Positions 27,942-37,871 of a DNA stretch of 64,000 nucleotides are shown here, one piece after another. A program made the translations under genes and the position numbers. Each line of letters starts with the position of its first letter. Within the stretch, counting starts at the first letter, position 1. The notes under the pieces are model-generated. The model made no database searches, had not been told where the DNA came from, and was given only the letters and a program-made list of their open reading frames with translations. The stretch comes from Patescibacteria group bacterium (lineage in GTDB: Bacteria; Patescibacteriota; Patescibacteriia; UBA1558): NCBI GenBank assembly GCA_016784445.1, contig JADHUR010000001.1, positions 89,128 to 153,127 on the forward strand, written 5' to 3'.

Positions 27942-29435
27942 CTAATCTTTTAATTTACTTCTAAATATTTTCTCTAAATCAGTAGGATTTCCCTTGCCCT
28001 TTGTAGCTTTCATACCAAGTCCAATTAAATACTTAATGATAGGATCTTTACCAGCTTTAAATTCTGCTACTTGATCAGAATTACTTTCAATTATTAAATC
28101 AATTATCTTATCTAACTCTTCACCTGCTTCCATTTGTCCTAAATCTTTATCATCCATAACATGCGTAGGGTCTGCCCCTGTTTTAAACATTTCACTAAGT
28201 ATAGTTTGTGCTGCACTACTATTCACCTTATTCATATATATTAAAGTGATAAACTCAGCCATATTCTCTGGATTTATTTTAATATCGTAAATCTTAACTT
28301 TATTCTCTTTCATAAGTCTAAATAGTTCAGTTGTGATCCAGCCAGTTGCAAGCTTTACAATTTTCTTTCTATTCTTTTCCCAAACTTCATCATGCTCACC
28401 TTCAACTTCAGTTTCAAGCCAATTTCTAAGCTCAGATACTACTTTTTCAAAATAATCTGCTATTTCTTTAGACTCAATAATTACTTCAATATCTTTTTTT
28501 GACAAACCATATTCTTCAGCAAAGCGTTGTCTTTTCTGAATTGGTAATTCAACCATATCTGTAAGTACTTGCTTAAGTATACCTGAACTAATCTTAAACA
28601 ATGGTAAATCCGGTTCTGGGAAATATCTATAATCATTAGAACCTTCTTTCATTCTCTGAGAATATGTAATACCCTTAACAGCATCCCAACCTCTAGTTTC
28701 TTCACTGGCTGGTGGCTCACCAGATAACCATAATTGTTTTTGTCTCTCAATCTCAAATATTAAAGCCTTCTCAACATTCTTAAATGAATTAATATTCTTA
28801 ATTTCAGATTTTGGACTTAATTCCTTATCACCAATTGGTCTTAAAGAAATATTAGCATCACATCTTAAATGTCCTTTTTCCATATCTGCGTCAGATATAC
28901 CAAGATAGCGAGCAATAAGTCTTATCTCTTGCATATATGCTTTAGCCTCCTCAGGCGTTCTAATTTCAGGTTCTGAAACTATTTCTACAAGCGGTGTACT
29001 TGAGCGATTATAATCAACAAGTGTTTTATCTTCGAAATGAGTATTCTTAGCCGCATCTTCTTCTAAATGAAGTCTTGTGATGCCAATCTTTCTCTCTCCT
29101 TTTCCAGTATTAATAATAATAGAGCCATTCTCTCCGACCGGCTGATCAAATTGAGATATCTGATAACCCTTAGGAAGGTCTGGATAGAAGTAATTCTTAC
29201 GATCAAACTTAGTTTCTTTTGCAATAGTCATATTGAGCCCAGACGACATTAGTATTGCCCATTCCAATGCTTGTTTATTAAGAACTGGCAATACACCAGG
29301 ATGACCCATACAAACAGGACATATTGTTGTATTAGGCTTCAAATTATCGGCATCATTTGAACAATTACAAAATAGCTTAGTTCTAGTTTTGAGCTGTATA
29401 TGTGTCTCTAGTCCAATTATGACATCAAATTCCAT
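27942..29435 (-). CDS. gatB: Asp/Glu-tRNA amidotransferase subunit B
   Basis: Shows conserved GatB N-terminus MEFDVIIGLETHIQLKTRTKLFCNC. Confidence 0.9.
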   Translation of the reverse strand: MEFDVIIGLETHIQLKTRTKLFCNCSNDADNLKPNTTICPVCMGHPGVLPVLNKQALEWAILMSSGLNMTIAKETKFDRKNYFYPDLPKGYQISQFDQPVGENGSIIINTGKGERKIGITRLHLEEDAAKNTHFEDKTLVDYNRSSTPLVEIVSEPEIRTPEEAKAYMQEIRLIARYLGISDADMEKGHLRCDANISLRPIGDKELSPKSEIKNINSFKNVEKALIFEIERQKQLWLSGEPPASEETRGWDAVKGITYSQRMKEGSNDYRYFPEPDLPLFKISSGILKQVLTDMVELPIQKRQRFAEEYGLSKKDIEVIIESKEIADYFEKVVSELRNWLETEVEGEHDEVWEKNRKKIVKLATGWITTELFRLMKENKVKIYDIKINPENMAEFITLIYMNKVNSSAAQTILSEMFKTGADPTHVMDDKDLGQMEAGEELDKIIDLIIESNSDQVAEFKAGKDPIIKYLIGLGMKATKGKGNPTDLEKIFRSKLKD

Positions 29436-29436
29436 A

Positions 29437-30006
29437 TTATATTCTTGTATAATGTTTCTTAATTAATTTTTTCCAATTATCTAAATAATTCTTGTACTTT
29501 ATATTTAATTCTTTAACAGGTGTTACTGTAATATTAAACTTAGACAGAAACTTAGAAAGCTTTTCTCGTATATCTTCTTCTGCTTTCTTAACCAATCGTC
29601 CATCTACTAATTTTTCCATCTCCATTATTAAACCAAAGCCTTTAACATTATCTAAGGAAATAGTAGTCCCTAGCCATCTGAAATGAACTCTCTTCTTTTT
29701 ATACTTACAAGCAATTTTAAATCCGAGAGCTGTAAATATTTGTTCTAATTCATTCATATCCTTAATGTCTGCAATTACCTCCATCTCTGGTCTAACCTCA
29801 TGAAAAACATTACCAACTTTACAAATAAGCTTAACTTGTTCCTCGTTCTTCACTAATCTAAGATCTCCTTCAGGTGTTTCAAAAACAACAGTCTCAGTCT
29901 GTTCCTCTTTTATAAGCTTTGAATTTTTTTTAAGATATTTATATATCTCTTTATAAGCAGCTGGTTTTAATAGGCTACTTACTTCAACTTCATATAACAT
30001 ATGCAT
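29437..30006 (-). CDS. CYTH-domain protein (CyaB-type adenylyl cyclase / triphosphatase fold)
   Basis: YEVEVS start and a later HFRWLGTTISLDNVKGFGLIMEME block collinear with CyaB/ThTPase CYTH signatures. Confidence 0.5.
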   Translation of the reverse strand: MHMLYEVEVSSLLKPAAYKEIYKYLKKNSKLIKEEQTETVVFETPEGDLRLVKNEEQVKLICKVGNVFHEVRPEMEVIADIKDMNELEQIFTALGFKIACKYKKKRVHFRWLGTTISLDNVKGFGLIMEMEKLVDGRLVKKAEEDIREKLSKFLSKFNITVTPVKELNIKYKNYLDNWKKLIKKHYTRI

Positions 30007-30080
30007 ATTTTAGCACATTTTCGGGATAAAAAAAACCGCTCCAATGAACTAATTGGAGCGATTATATAATGTAATAATTA

Positions 30081-31781
30081 CTATAAATCTTTACGTAGTA
30101 GGCAAGCCATTCCTCTTCCTCTGGCAAATGTATATGCTGGAGTTACATCTGCTCTAGATATATCTCTCCACCATGGATACCTATCCCTTAATTGAGATTC
30201 GAATTTCAAGAAAAACTGTCTCACCTCATGATTTACGCTATACTTTGTACGTTGCCAATTACAAAATTCCCACTGTCTTAAATTTGATCCCATTATAAAA
30301 GGAACTAAAGTACCGAGAGCTAATGGATATTCCTTCAAATGTTTAGGTACGCCCTTCTCTGTCATTTCATCAAATAATTCCTTATTGAGTTTATGAATTC
30401 TTTCAAACTGCTCATGTAATATATCTGGAGCTGGTTTGTCATATTTATAGAAACCATTGGCTGGATTTAAATAACCACGACGATGAGTACTCATACCCAT
30501 TCTCTGTAAATCTCTCCAACCTCTGAAGCTCATCTTACTTCCAAAAACTACATTAATAACCTCAAATTCTCTATAAAGCTTATCGTATTCTGAGCGAGGT
30601 ATAGTATTTAGCTTAGCAATTACAGATGTCCAATCCTTACAATCCTGAAATCCAGCTTTACGTCTCATAATATCATATAGCGCATTCTCACTAAAGCCAA
30701 TATCAGGTATATGAACAAATTCTTCATTCTTATCGTCTAATAAATAACCCCAGCCACTCTTTTCCCAATCAGTTATATCTAAATGTCTTAAGAATTGTGT
30801 AGCTCCTATCTTATTTGCTTCTTCGATAAAAAGTTCAACAGCTGCTTGAAATTCTGGATTCTTATCTAATTGCAAATGATGGATTAAGCTTGGTAATGCT
30901 TCACCAGATATTCCCATACCAACAGATGTTAAAGTTGCTGATGGTAATAAATTACCTAGCACATCCCATGTCTCCCCCATAATTCCTTGTTCTAAATCAC
31001 TTCCAGTAAAACCAGCCTTTGAATAATGCTCTTTAAGAAAACTTGGCATAGGACCATCCATATCTTCTCCTTGTAGTTTTCTATATGCTGCAAAACTTTC
31101 ATTCAATACATTCAAAACCTTTTCTTCAGATATTCCATACTCTGCAAGTTCCTTTTCAATTGGATAAAGATCCTTACCTGCCATATCTACATAACGCGTA
31201 CTTAGTTCAATATATCCAGCTCCAGGTCTTGTCCATTCCAAAGATTTAGCTAACAATATTGAAATATGTTCAAAACAAACATATAACATTGCTGGTCTTG
31301 CAATAGAATTATGGCCATACTTATCTAACCAGGTTGAGAGAAATACTCTCATCTTCTTACTCTGAGCAACTTCTTGTAAGAAACCAACATCAATAGACAT
31401 CTTCGTCATAAAATCTTCAAATATCTGTTTCGTATCATCTGAATGATCAATAAAATCATCTAATGTCTCAATCTTATTCTCTTTTAAAAACTTCATCTGA
31501 TTACCATCAAATTTTTCCTGACATTCAGCAATGAAAGCAGATAGAACTTGTGGTAAAAAATTATCTACCATCATACCCCTTAAACCACGTGTATTTCGCA
31601 GTCGAGAATACATTGCCATAAGAACGGTAATCATATTTACTGGCAAGCTATGTATAAAAAAAATACGACCATCTCTATTTGTAAAAAAATGATCAACAAC
31701 TCTCAACTCCTGCTCAGTCCATTTAAATGACAATGATGAATTTATATATGCTTTAGCATGTTTTAATAATTTTTCTTCCAT
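30081..31781 (-). CDS. long divergent ThyX-like (flavin-dependent thymidylate synthase-like) protein
   Basis: The segment GHNSIARPAMLYVCFEHISILLAKSLEWTRPGAGYIELSTRYV aligns with the ThyX core HETPFEHIVFTF...RHR...SxRY. The RHR triad is replaced by TRP. At 566 aa it is more than twice canonical ThyX length. It sits in the tmk-dut-dCMP deaminase cluster. Confidence 0.45.
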   Translation of the reverse strand: MEEKLLKHAKAYINSSLSFKWTEQELRVVDHFFTNRDGRIFFIHSLPVNMITVLMAMYSRLRNTRGLRGMMVDNFLPQVLSAFIAECQEKFDGNQMKFLKENKIETLDDFIDHSDDTKQIFEDFMTKMSIDVGFLQEVAQSKKMRVFLSTWLDKYGHNSIARPAMLYVCFEHISILLAKSLEWTRPGAGYIELSTRYVDMAGKDLYPIEKELAEYGISEEKVLNVLNESFAAYRKLQGEDMDGPMPSFLKEHYSKAGFTGSDLEQGIMGETWDVLGNLLPSATLTSVGMGISGEALPSLIHHLQLDKNPEFQAAVELFIEEANKIGATQFLRHLDITDWEKSGWGYLLDDKNEEFVHIPDIGFSENALYDIMRRKAGFQDCKDWTSVIAKLNTIPRSEYDKLYREFEVINVVFGSKMSFRGWRDLQRMGMSTHRRGYLNPANGFYKYDKPAPDILHEQFERIHKLNKELFDEMTEKGVPKHLKEYPLALGTLVPFIMGSNLRQWEFCNWQRTKYSVNHEVRQFFLKFESQLRDRYPWWRDISRADVTPAYTFARGRGMACLLRKDL

Positions 31782-31783
31782 AT

Positions 31784-32407
31784 TTATTTATCTTCTAATA
31801 ATTTCTTAACTCTTTCCCAAATAAGCTCATGTATTTCTTCAATACTCTTTTCACCATCTATTATAACAACTAAATTCTTCCACTCATCCCTTTCCCAAAG
31901 CTCGCTATATGATTCATGAATTTTAGATAATGAATCTTCTTTATCGAAATATTCTGGCTTACCATTTTTAGCCAATCTTTCAACTGCTACTTTAGCTGGT
32001 AAATCTAAATAAATATTTAAATCCGGTATTGGCATATCCTTATGCCACTCTCTAATAATATCATAGTCAACCCCAAAAGCCGTACCATAGGCTATAGTTG
32101 AAAACATATATCTATTTTCAACTACTGTAGCGCCCACCTCAAGCATCGGACCTATCATCTTCTCTACATGTTCTTTACGATCTTCATAATATATATACTG
32201 CATTTCTTTACGTGCTGGTGCTGGTAATTCGTGAACAAGAATTCTTCTAAGACGCTTTCCAGGCTCAAAAGTATAAGTTGGTTCAAGTCCTAGAAACAAT
32301 TGATGCCCCTCACCTTGTAATTTCTTAGACAATAAAGCAACTTGCGTATCCTTACCGCAACCATCGATTCCTTCAAAATTTATAAACAAACCTTTTTTGT
32401 TTTCCAT
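31784..32407 (-). CDS. tmk: thymidylate kinase
   Basis: P-loop FEGIDGCGKDTQ and LID region. Confidence 0.85.
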   Translation of the reverse strand: MENKKGLFINFEGIDGCGKDTQVALLSKKLQGEGHQLFLGLEPTYTFEPGKRLRRILVHELPAPARKEMQYIYYEDRKEHVEKMIGPMLEVGATVVENRYMFSTIAYGTAFGVDYDIIREWHKDMPIPDLNIYLDLPAKVAVERLAKNGKPEYFDKEDSLSKIHESYSELWERDEWKNLVVIIDGEKSIEEIHELIWERVKKLLEDK

Positions 32408-32422
32408 ATTATATATTATTAA

Positions 32423-32845
32423 TTATTTACCCGTACTACCAAATGCCCCATCTCCCCTACTTGTATCAGATAATTCATCTACCTCTACAAGCTCTGGACT
32501 TAGAACTGGTTGTATCAATAATTGTGCTAATTTTTCACCCTTCTTAAATTCATAGGCTTCTTTACTTGTATTTAACATTACAACTCCAAACTCTCCTCTA
32601 TATATTGAATCAATAACACCTGCTAATGTATGAATACCATACTTTGATGCAATTCCAGATTTATCCCAAAATAGTCCTACATGACCATTCGGAATCTCCA
32701 TAGCAAAACCTAATTTAAATAAATATCTTTCTCCTGGCTCCATTATTTTATCTTCTAATGAGTATACATCCATTCCTGCATCGCCAATATTTGCATAACT
32801 TGGTAACTTAATATCTGGATTTAATTTTTTAATATTAATCTTCAT
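32423..32845 (-). CDS. dut: dUTP diphosphatase
   Basis: Trimeric dUTPase motifs GDAGMDVYS and C-terminal RGDGAFGSTG. Confidence 0.85.
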   Translation of the reverse strand: MKINIKKLNPDIKLPSYANIGDAGMDVYSLEDKIMEPGERYLFKLGFAMEIPNGHVGLFWDKSGIASKYGIHTLAGVIDSIYRGEFGVVMLNTSKEAYEFKKGEKLAQLLIQPVLSPELVEVDELSDTSRGDGAFGSTGK

Positions 32846-33425
32846 TGTTAATTATATTAAATATCTTTTTAATTTTATCTTGAAAATCTTCTAAAGACCC
32901 TTCATTTATAATTGTATAATCTCCCATTGCAATTGGACCTGCTTTTTCAATATTTTCTATCTCTGCATAATCTCTTGCTTTTGCTGCTTCTAAAGTTGCT
33001 GAACGATGAATCATCTTTGGATCATCACCATATTTATCTGCCCTATTTGTAAGTCTTGCATAACGTATCTTTGGTGAAGCTATAATAGATATAATTATTA
33101 AATCATCTCCAAACTTCTCCTTTAAAACTTTATACTCTGACCAACTATATAAACCATCACCAATAACATTACCCCTCGCTAGCCCTTCTTCAAATTTGGG
33201 CATATTCAATATAGCAAAGGCAGCTGGACCATGTTCCTTTCTAAAAGCTTCACGAATAGGTCTTTCATTCTCTTCTGTTGGCTCTAAACCTCTTTTCTTA
33301 ACCTCATCTAATGTTAATTGACCAAAGCGAACATAATAATAATTTTTTTCAGTAAAATAATTTGCGACTTCTGTTTTACCAGAACCCGTCAAACCAACTA
33401 TGCAAATTAATTTATTCTTTTTCAT
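32835..33425 (-). CDS. P-loop nucleoside/nucleotide kinase (dNMP-kinase / dephospho-CoA-kinase-like fold)
   Basis: Walker A ICIVGLTGSGKTEV near the N-terminus; about 196 aa; embedded in the dNTP cluster. Confidence 0.5.
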   Translation of the reverse strand: MKKNKLICIVGLTGSGKTEVANYFTEKNYYYVRFGQLTLDEVKKRGLEPTEENERPIREAFRKEHGPAAFAILNMPKFEEGLARGNVIGDGLYSWSEYKVLKEKFGDDLIIISIIASPKIRYARLTNRADKYGDDPKMIHRSATLEAAKARDYAEIENIEKAGPIAMGDYTIINEGSLEDFQDKIKKIFNIINNED

Positions 33426-33912
33426 ATTCCTGAACTCTATCTGTTAATACGGTGAAATCTATACCAGCTTTATCTAACATCTCTCTACTATATCCAGCTG
33501 TTGGATACTTTTTCTCACAGACAACTCTTTTTATACCAGCTGCTATTATTAGACGAGCACAAACAGGACATGGCTCCATACTAATATATATACTAGCTCC
33601 TTCTAGAGACACACCTTTTCTAGCTCCATAAGCTATTGCATTTTGTTCAGCGTGTAATGTTCTTACACAATGATCATGAAATTCTCCCGAGTCATCATTC
33701 TCAACTGTTGACTTTGTAATTAAATGACCAGCCTCATCACAATCTGGAAGTCCAGATGGTGCTCCAACATAACCCGTAGATAAAATATGATTATCTTTTG
33801 TAATAACACAACCCGCCCTACCACGACCACAAGTTGCTCTCAATGAAACAGCTTCTCTAATTTTCATGAAGTATTCATCCCAACTTGGTCTAACAAATTT
33901 TTCTTCAACCAT
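33412..33912 (-). CDS. dCMP deaminase
   Basis: HAEQNAI zinc motif and PCPVCARLI. The start is taken at Met37 (MVEEKFVRPSWDEYF) of the longer listed ORF 33412..34020. Confidence 0.8.
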   Translation of the reverse strand: MVEEKFVRPSWDEYFMKIREAVSLRATCGRGRAGCVITKDNHILSTGYVGAPSGLPDCDEAGHLITKSTVENDDSGEFHDHCVRTLHAEQNAIAYGARKGVSLEGASIYISMEPCPVCARLIIAAGIKRVVCEKKYPTAGYSREMLDKAGIDFTVLTDRVQEYEKE

Positions 33913-34054
33913 ATATTTATAATTAATATTCTTTTTCCATTTTACCACACTATGCAAACTATTTGCCAAATGTGGATAAAACAACATTAAATACCCTATT
34001 TTTAATAAAAAACTAGACAATTAATTGTCTAGTTTTTAGAGTATTGCATATTAA

Positions 34055-34495
34055 TTATGCAGATAACTTATCATGAGCATGTTGAATAGTTTTTAGAAAT
34101 TCATCCTTAGACATATCATCCCCAATAACTCCAGGAGCCCATTCAAATGCTGGCCGTTCCTTATCTGCCATCCGTTGATCAAAAACTTCCCTTGAAACAA
34201 CATTTAAACGCTCAGCATCTGACTTAGAAGCATCGAAAGCAAACTTTCCATCCTGACTAACTAAAACTTGTCCGCTTCCCAATTTGCTCTTTCTTGGAGA
34301 AAGTGTTTCCCATACTTCCTTGATAAGATCTTTGTCTGTACAGACAACCATCTTACCAGTTTCAGGAATAACTGCTGGATGAAACCCCATAAGACCATGA
34401 TCTAATTCCAAAAAATAACCTGTAGCAATTGATAATTTAGATCGCTCTACATCTGAGAGTTCATTCAAAAAAACAACTTCTTTAACCTTACTCAT
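34055..34495 (-). CDS. hypothetical protein (146 aa)
   Basis: ORF with GC-richer codon usage; no motif recognised. Confidence 0.4.
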   Translation of the reverse strand: MSKVKEVVFLNELSDVERSKLSIATGYFLELDHGLMGFHPAVIPETGKMVVCTDKDLIKEVWETLSPRKSKLGSGQVLVSQDGKFAFDASKSDAERLNVVSREVFDQRMADKERPAFEWAPGVIGDDMSKDEFLKTIQHAHDKLSA

Positions 34496-34621
34496 TCTAT
34501 TCCTCCTTTATATTCCAATGTTCGTCTAACTTTCTTAGTTAATCATAATATATAGATAATTACAAGCTGTAATCAAAAAACCGCCAAATAGGCGGTTTTT
34601 TCTATCTAAGTAATATTTACT

Positions 34622-35299
34622 TTATTGAATAGCAATCTGTATACTAGGTCCCATTGATGAAGTTACGTATATAGCTTTAATAAATGCACCCTTAACACCA
34701 TCTGGTTTAGATTTCTTAAGCTCTTCGGTAAAAGCATTAACATTTTCAATTAAAAGCTTATCTTCAAATGAAACTTTTCCAACAGCAATATGTAAATTGC
34801 CACTGGTATCATTTTTGAAACTAATCATTCCTGAATTAAGTTCTTTAATAACTTTAGCAGGATCTGGAGTAATAGTACCAGCCTTTGGATTTGGCATTAA
34901 ACCTTTTTGCCCAAGGTTCTTAGCAATAACTGCAAGCTTAGCCATCATATCTGGCGTTGCTATAACGATATCAAAATCTGTTTTACCAGTTTTTTTAATT
35001 TCATTAATTAAATCTTCTCCGCCAGCTACAACTGCTCCAGCAGCTTCAGCTTCTTTTACCTTATCTGGACTTACAAAAGCAGCAATACGCTTTGTCTGGC
35101 CAGTACCATGAGGCAAGTGTAATGAAGCGCGCATTTGTTGATCTGATTTCTTAGGATCAATATTAAGCTTTGCATGAACTTCTACTGTAGCATCAAACTT
35201 TACCTTACTTGTTTCTTTAACAAGAGTAATAGCTTCTTCTATAGTATATTTCTTTTCTTGATCTATTTTTTCTTTTGCTTCTTTTAATCTCTTTGACAT
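34622..35299 (-). CDS. rplA: 50S ribosomal protein L1
   Basis: L1 family C-terminus GAFIKAIYVTSSMGPSIQI. Confidence 0.9.
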   Translation of the reverse strand: MSKRLKEAKEKIDQEKKYTIEEAITLVKETSKVKFDATVEVHAKLNIDPKKSDQQMRASLHLPHGTGQTKRIAAFVSPDKVKEAEAAGAVVAGGEDLINEIKKTGKTDFDIVIATPDMMAKLAVIAKNLGQKGLMPNPKAGTITPDPAKVIKELNSGMISFKNDTSGNLHIAVGKVSFEDKLLIENVNAFTEELKKSKPDGVKGAFIKAIYVTSSMGPSIQIAIQ

Positions 35300-35358
35300 A
35301 ATTTTTTCTTTATGTGGTACAAGCCCCTAAATAATAAGGTCCCACTTTAATTAATATA

Positions 35359-35802
35359 TTAAGCTTTACGCTTTCTATCTCTTTTAATAACAGTCCAATG
35401 ATACATATATAGAGGTAAGCCAACAAGTATTAGAGAAATAGCACGACTTGCTTGTCTTTCTCTAGACTGTCTCTGATAATCTATTTTCTCAACATCTTTC
35501 TGACTTTCTTGCCATGTTTTATAATCTATAAGCCAATTATCTATTTGTTCAAGTTGAGAATCTGTTAAATTACAGTCTGTACCACATTCACTTAAATTCT
35601 CTACCTTAGATAATTCTTGATCAAAAGCCATTGAAACAGGACGTCCATAATCATAACCATAATTATTATTAACATCAGCATACTTAAAGACAAATACTTT
35701 AAGTCCTAAATCTACTAATTGTCCTGTACCTATAACAAGAACTGCTAGTCCAACCAAAGCAAACAAATACAGATAAATTGTCCTAATAAAATTGTCCTTC
35801 AT
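35359..35802 (-). CDS. two-TM membrane protein inserted between rplK and rplA
   Basis: Hydrophobic helices at the N- and C-termini; position is unusual. Confidence 0.45.
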   Translation of the reverse strand: MKDNFIRTIYLYLFALVGLAVLVIGTGQLVDLGLKVFVFKYADVNNNYGYDYGRPVSMAFDQELSKVENLSECGTDCNLTDSQLEQIDNWLIDYKTWQESQKDVEKIDYQRQSRERQASRAISLILVGLPLYMYHWTVIKRDRKRKA

Positions 35803-35823
35803 ATTTTTGATATTAATAATGAA

Positions 35824-36252
35824 TTATTTTCTATCTACTATCAGACCCATCTGACGAGCAGTACCCTCCACAATTTTCATTGCAGCTTCAATATCATTTG
35901 CATTAAGATCTGGCATCTTAATTTCAGCAATCTCTCTGATCTTATCTTCTGAAATTTTACCAATCTTTTCTTTTAATGGTGAACCAGAACCCTTTTTAAT
36001 TCCAGCCGCTTTCTTAAGTAGTTCAGCTGCTGGTGGAGTCTTAGTTTTAAAATCAAAACTACGATCTTCATAAATAGTAATCTCAACTGGGATAATATCC
36101 CCCATTTTATCTTTGGTCTCTTCATTAAAACGATTACAGAAATCTTGAATTGGCACACCATGCTGACCAAGAGCAGGGCCTACTGGAGGAGCTGGATTTG
36201 CTTTACCACCAGGAATCTGTAACTTTAATATTGCTTTTACTTCTTTTGCCAT
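35824..36252 (-). CDS. rplK: 50S ribosomal protein L11
   Basis: [24 protein letters not shown] signature. Confidence 0.9.
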   Translation of the reverse strand: MAKEVKAILKLQIPGGKANPAPPVGPALGQHGVPIQDFCNRFNEETKDKMGDIIPVEITIYEDRSFDFKTKTPPAAELLKKAAGIKKGSGSPLKEKIGKISEDKIREIAEIKMPDLNANDIEAAMKIVEGTARQMGLIVDRK

Positions 36253-36264
36253 ATTATTATTTAA

Positions 36265-36810
36265 TTATATTTTCTTAATTTGTAAAAAGTCTAATTCAAC
36301 AGGTGTTTCACGTCCAAACATTGAAACAAGTACTTTAACTTTACCCCTTGCTTCATCTATATCTGCTACTTTACCCTCATAATCTTTAAATGGTCCATCA
36401 ACAATCTTAACAGGACTTCCTTTAGAAACATCAATCTTATATACCGGTTCTTCAACGCCCATTCTCTTTTGTAGAGATTTAACCTCTGCTTCAGAAATCG
36501 GAGTTGGAGTTGTACCAGATCCAACAAATCCTGTAACATTTGGGGTATTACGTACTACATACCATGAATCGTCATTAACTATCATATTAACAAGAACATA
36601 GCCAGGGAAAATCTTTTCTCTAACTGTCTTTCTTTTACCATTTCTAATCTTAATCTTAGTTTCAGTAGGAATAAGGACGTCAAAAATTCTGTCCTCCATA
36701 TCCATAGATTCTATTCTCTGCATCAAATTTCTTTGAACATTCTCTTCATAGCCTGAATATGTATGTAAGACATACCAACGACGACCTTGTTGTAAAGTTT
36801 GTTTTGCCAT
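36265..36810 (-). CDS. nusG: transcription antitermination factor NusG
   Basis: NGN domain (RWYVLHTYSGYEENV) and KOW domain (KVKVLVSMFGRETPVELDFLQIKKI). Confidence 0.9.
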   Translation of the reverse strand: MAKQTLQQGRRWYVLHTYSGYEENVQRNLMQRIESMDMEDRIFDVLIPTETKIKIRNGKRKTVREKIFPGYVLVNMIVNDDSWYVVRNTPNVTGFVGSGTTPTPISEAEVKSLQKRMGVEEPVYKIDVSKGSPVKIVDGPFKDYEGKVADIDEARGKVKVLVSMFGRETPVELDFLQIKKI

Positions 36811-36831
36811 AACTATTTAAATTAATTATGA

Positions 36832-37011
36832 TTAAATTATTGTTCCAATAGCAAGATTAAGTAGAAAATCTACTAATCCTAAGAAAACCGCAACAAATAA
36901 AGACACTCCAATAACAATCATAGAGTGTTTAATTACCTCTTTCTTAGTTGGCCAAGCTACTTTTTTGAGCTCTGCCTTACTATCTTTCAAATATTGTGTA
37001 AATTTACCCAT
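36832..37011 (-). CDS. secE: preprotein translocase subunit SecE
   Basis: Not in the ORF track. Translates to MGKFTQYLKDSKAELKKVAWPTKKEVIKHSMIVIGVSLFVAVFLGLVDFLLNLAIGTII (59 aa) with the KKVxWPT motif and one TM helix. It is canonically placed upstream of nusG. Confidence 0.75.
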   Translation of the reverse strand: MGKFTQYLKDSKAELKKVAWPTKKEVIKHSMIVIGVSLFVAVFLGLVDFLLNLAIGTII

Positions 37012-37172
37012 TTTTCTTTATTTTTAGAAATTTAAGGTTTTAAAAACAGCCTTACGGCCATCTGATGAGATAATACAATATATATCAAAATAAATCAAGG
37101 GCATAAAGTTTTCCCCAAGGAAAAGACTAAGTTTTGATTATGTGATAAAATTAGTTCGTAATAATTACACTT

Positions 37173-37871
37173 ATGCCTAAAACAATAGTAGTACTACCTG
37201 CATATAATGCAGCTAAGACACTTAGAAAAACTGTAAATGATATACCATCTGAATATGTAGATGAGATTATTTTAGTTGATGATTATAGTAATGATGAAAC
37301 AATAACGGTTGCAAAAGAACTAGGTCTTACTATTAAGAAGCATGATACAAATAAAGGTTATGGTGCTAATCAAAAGACTTGTTATACAACAGCTCTTGAA
37401 CATGGTGCAGATATTATTGTAATGCTTCATCCAGATTATCAATATGATCCTAAAGTTATTAAATACTTTGTAGAATTTATTAATGATAGATATTTCGATG
37501 TCATGCTTGGCTCTAGAATTAGATCTAGAAAAGAAGCGCTTGCTGGTGGCATGCCAAGGTATAAATATTTCTTTAATAGATTATTATCTTTACTTGAAAA
37601 TATTGTAACAGGTTATAATTTATCTGAATGGCATACTGGAATGAGAGCATATAAGAAAGAAGTATTGAAAAGTATAGATTATAAAAACCTTTCCGATGAT
37701 TTTGTTTTTGATAGCCAAGTGTTATTTAATATTGTAAAGAAAGATTTTAAGATTGGAGATATACCTGTGCCAGTTAGATACTTTCCAGAAGCTTCTAGTA
37801 TTAATTTAAGTCGTAGTATTAAGTATGGTCTGCAAACTGTTTGGGAAGCAATTAAATTTATTTTTAAATAA
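37173..37871 (+). CDS. family 2 glycosyltransferase (Dpm1/polyprenol-phosphate sugar transferase-like)
   Basis: VVLPAYNAAKTL...VDDYSNDET (DxD) GT-A motifs. Confidence 0.8.
   Translation: MPKTIVVLPAYNAAKTLRKTVNDIPSEYVDEIILVDDYSNDETITVAKELGLTIKKHDTNKGYGANQKTCYTTALEHGADIIVMLHPDYQYDPKVIKYFVEFINDRYFDVMLGSRIRSRKEALAGGMPRYKYFFNRLLSLLENIVTGYNLSEWHTGMRAYKKEVLKSIDYKNLSDDFVFDSQVLFNIVKKDFKIGDIPVPVRYFPEASSINLSRSIKYGLQTVWEAIKFIFK

Noticed and set aside
35300-35358. L1-binding autoregulatory leader upstream of rplA
   Set aside because: Only weak gugg/ccac pairing was found and no clear mimic of the 23S L1-stalk motif; the intergenic region is too short to call.
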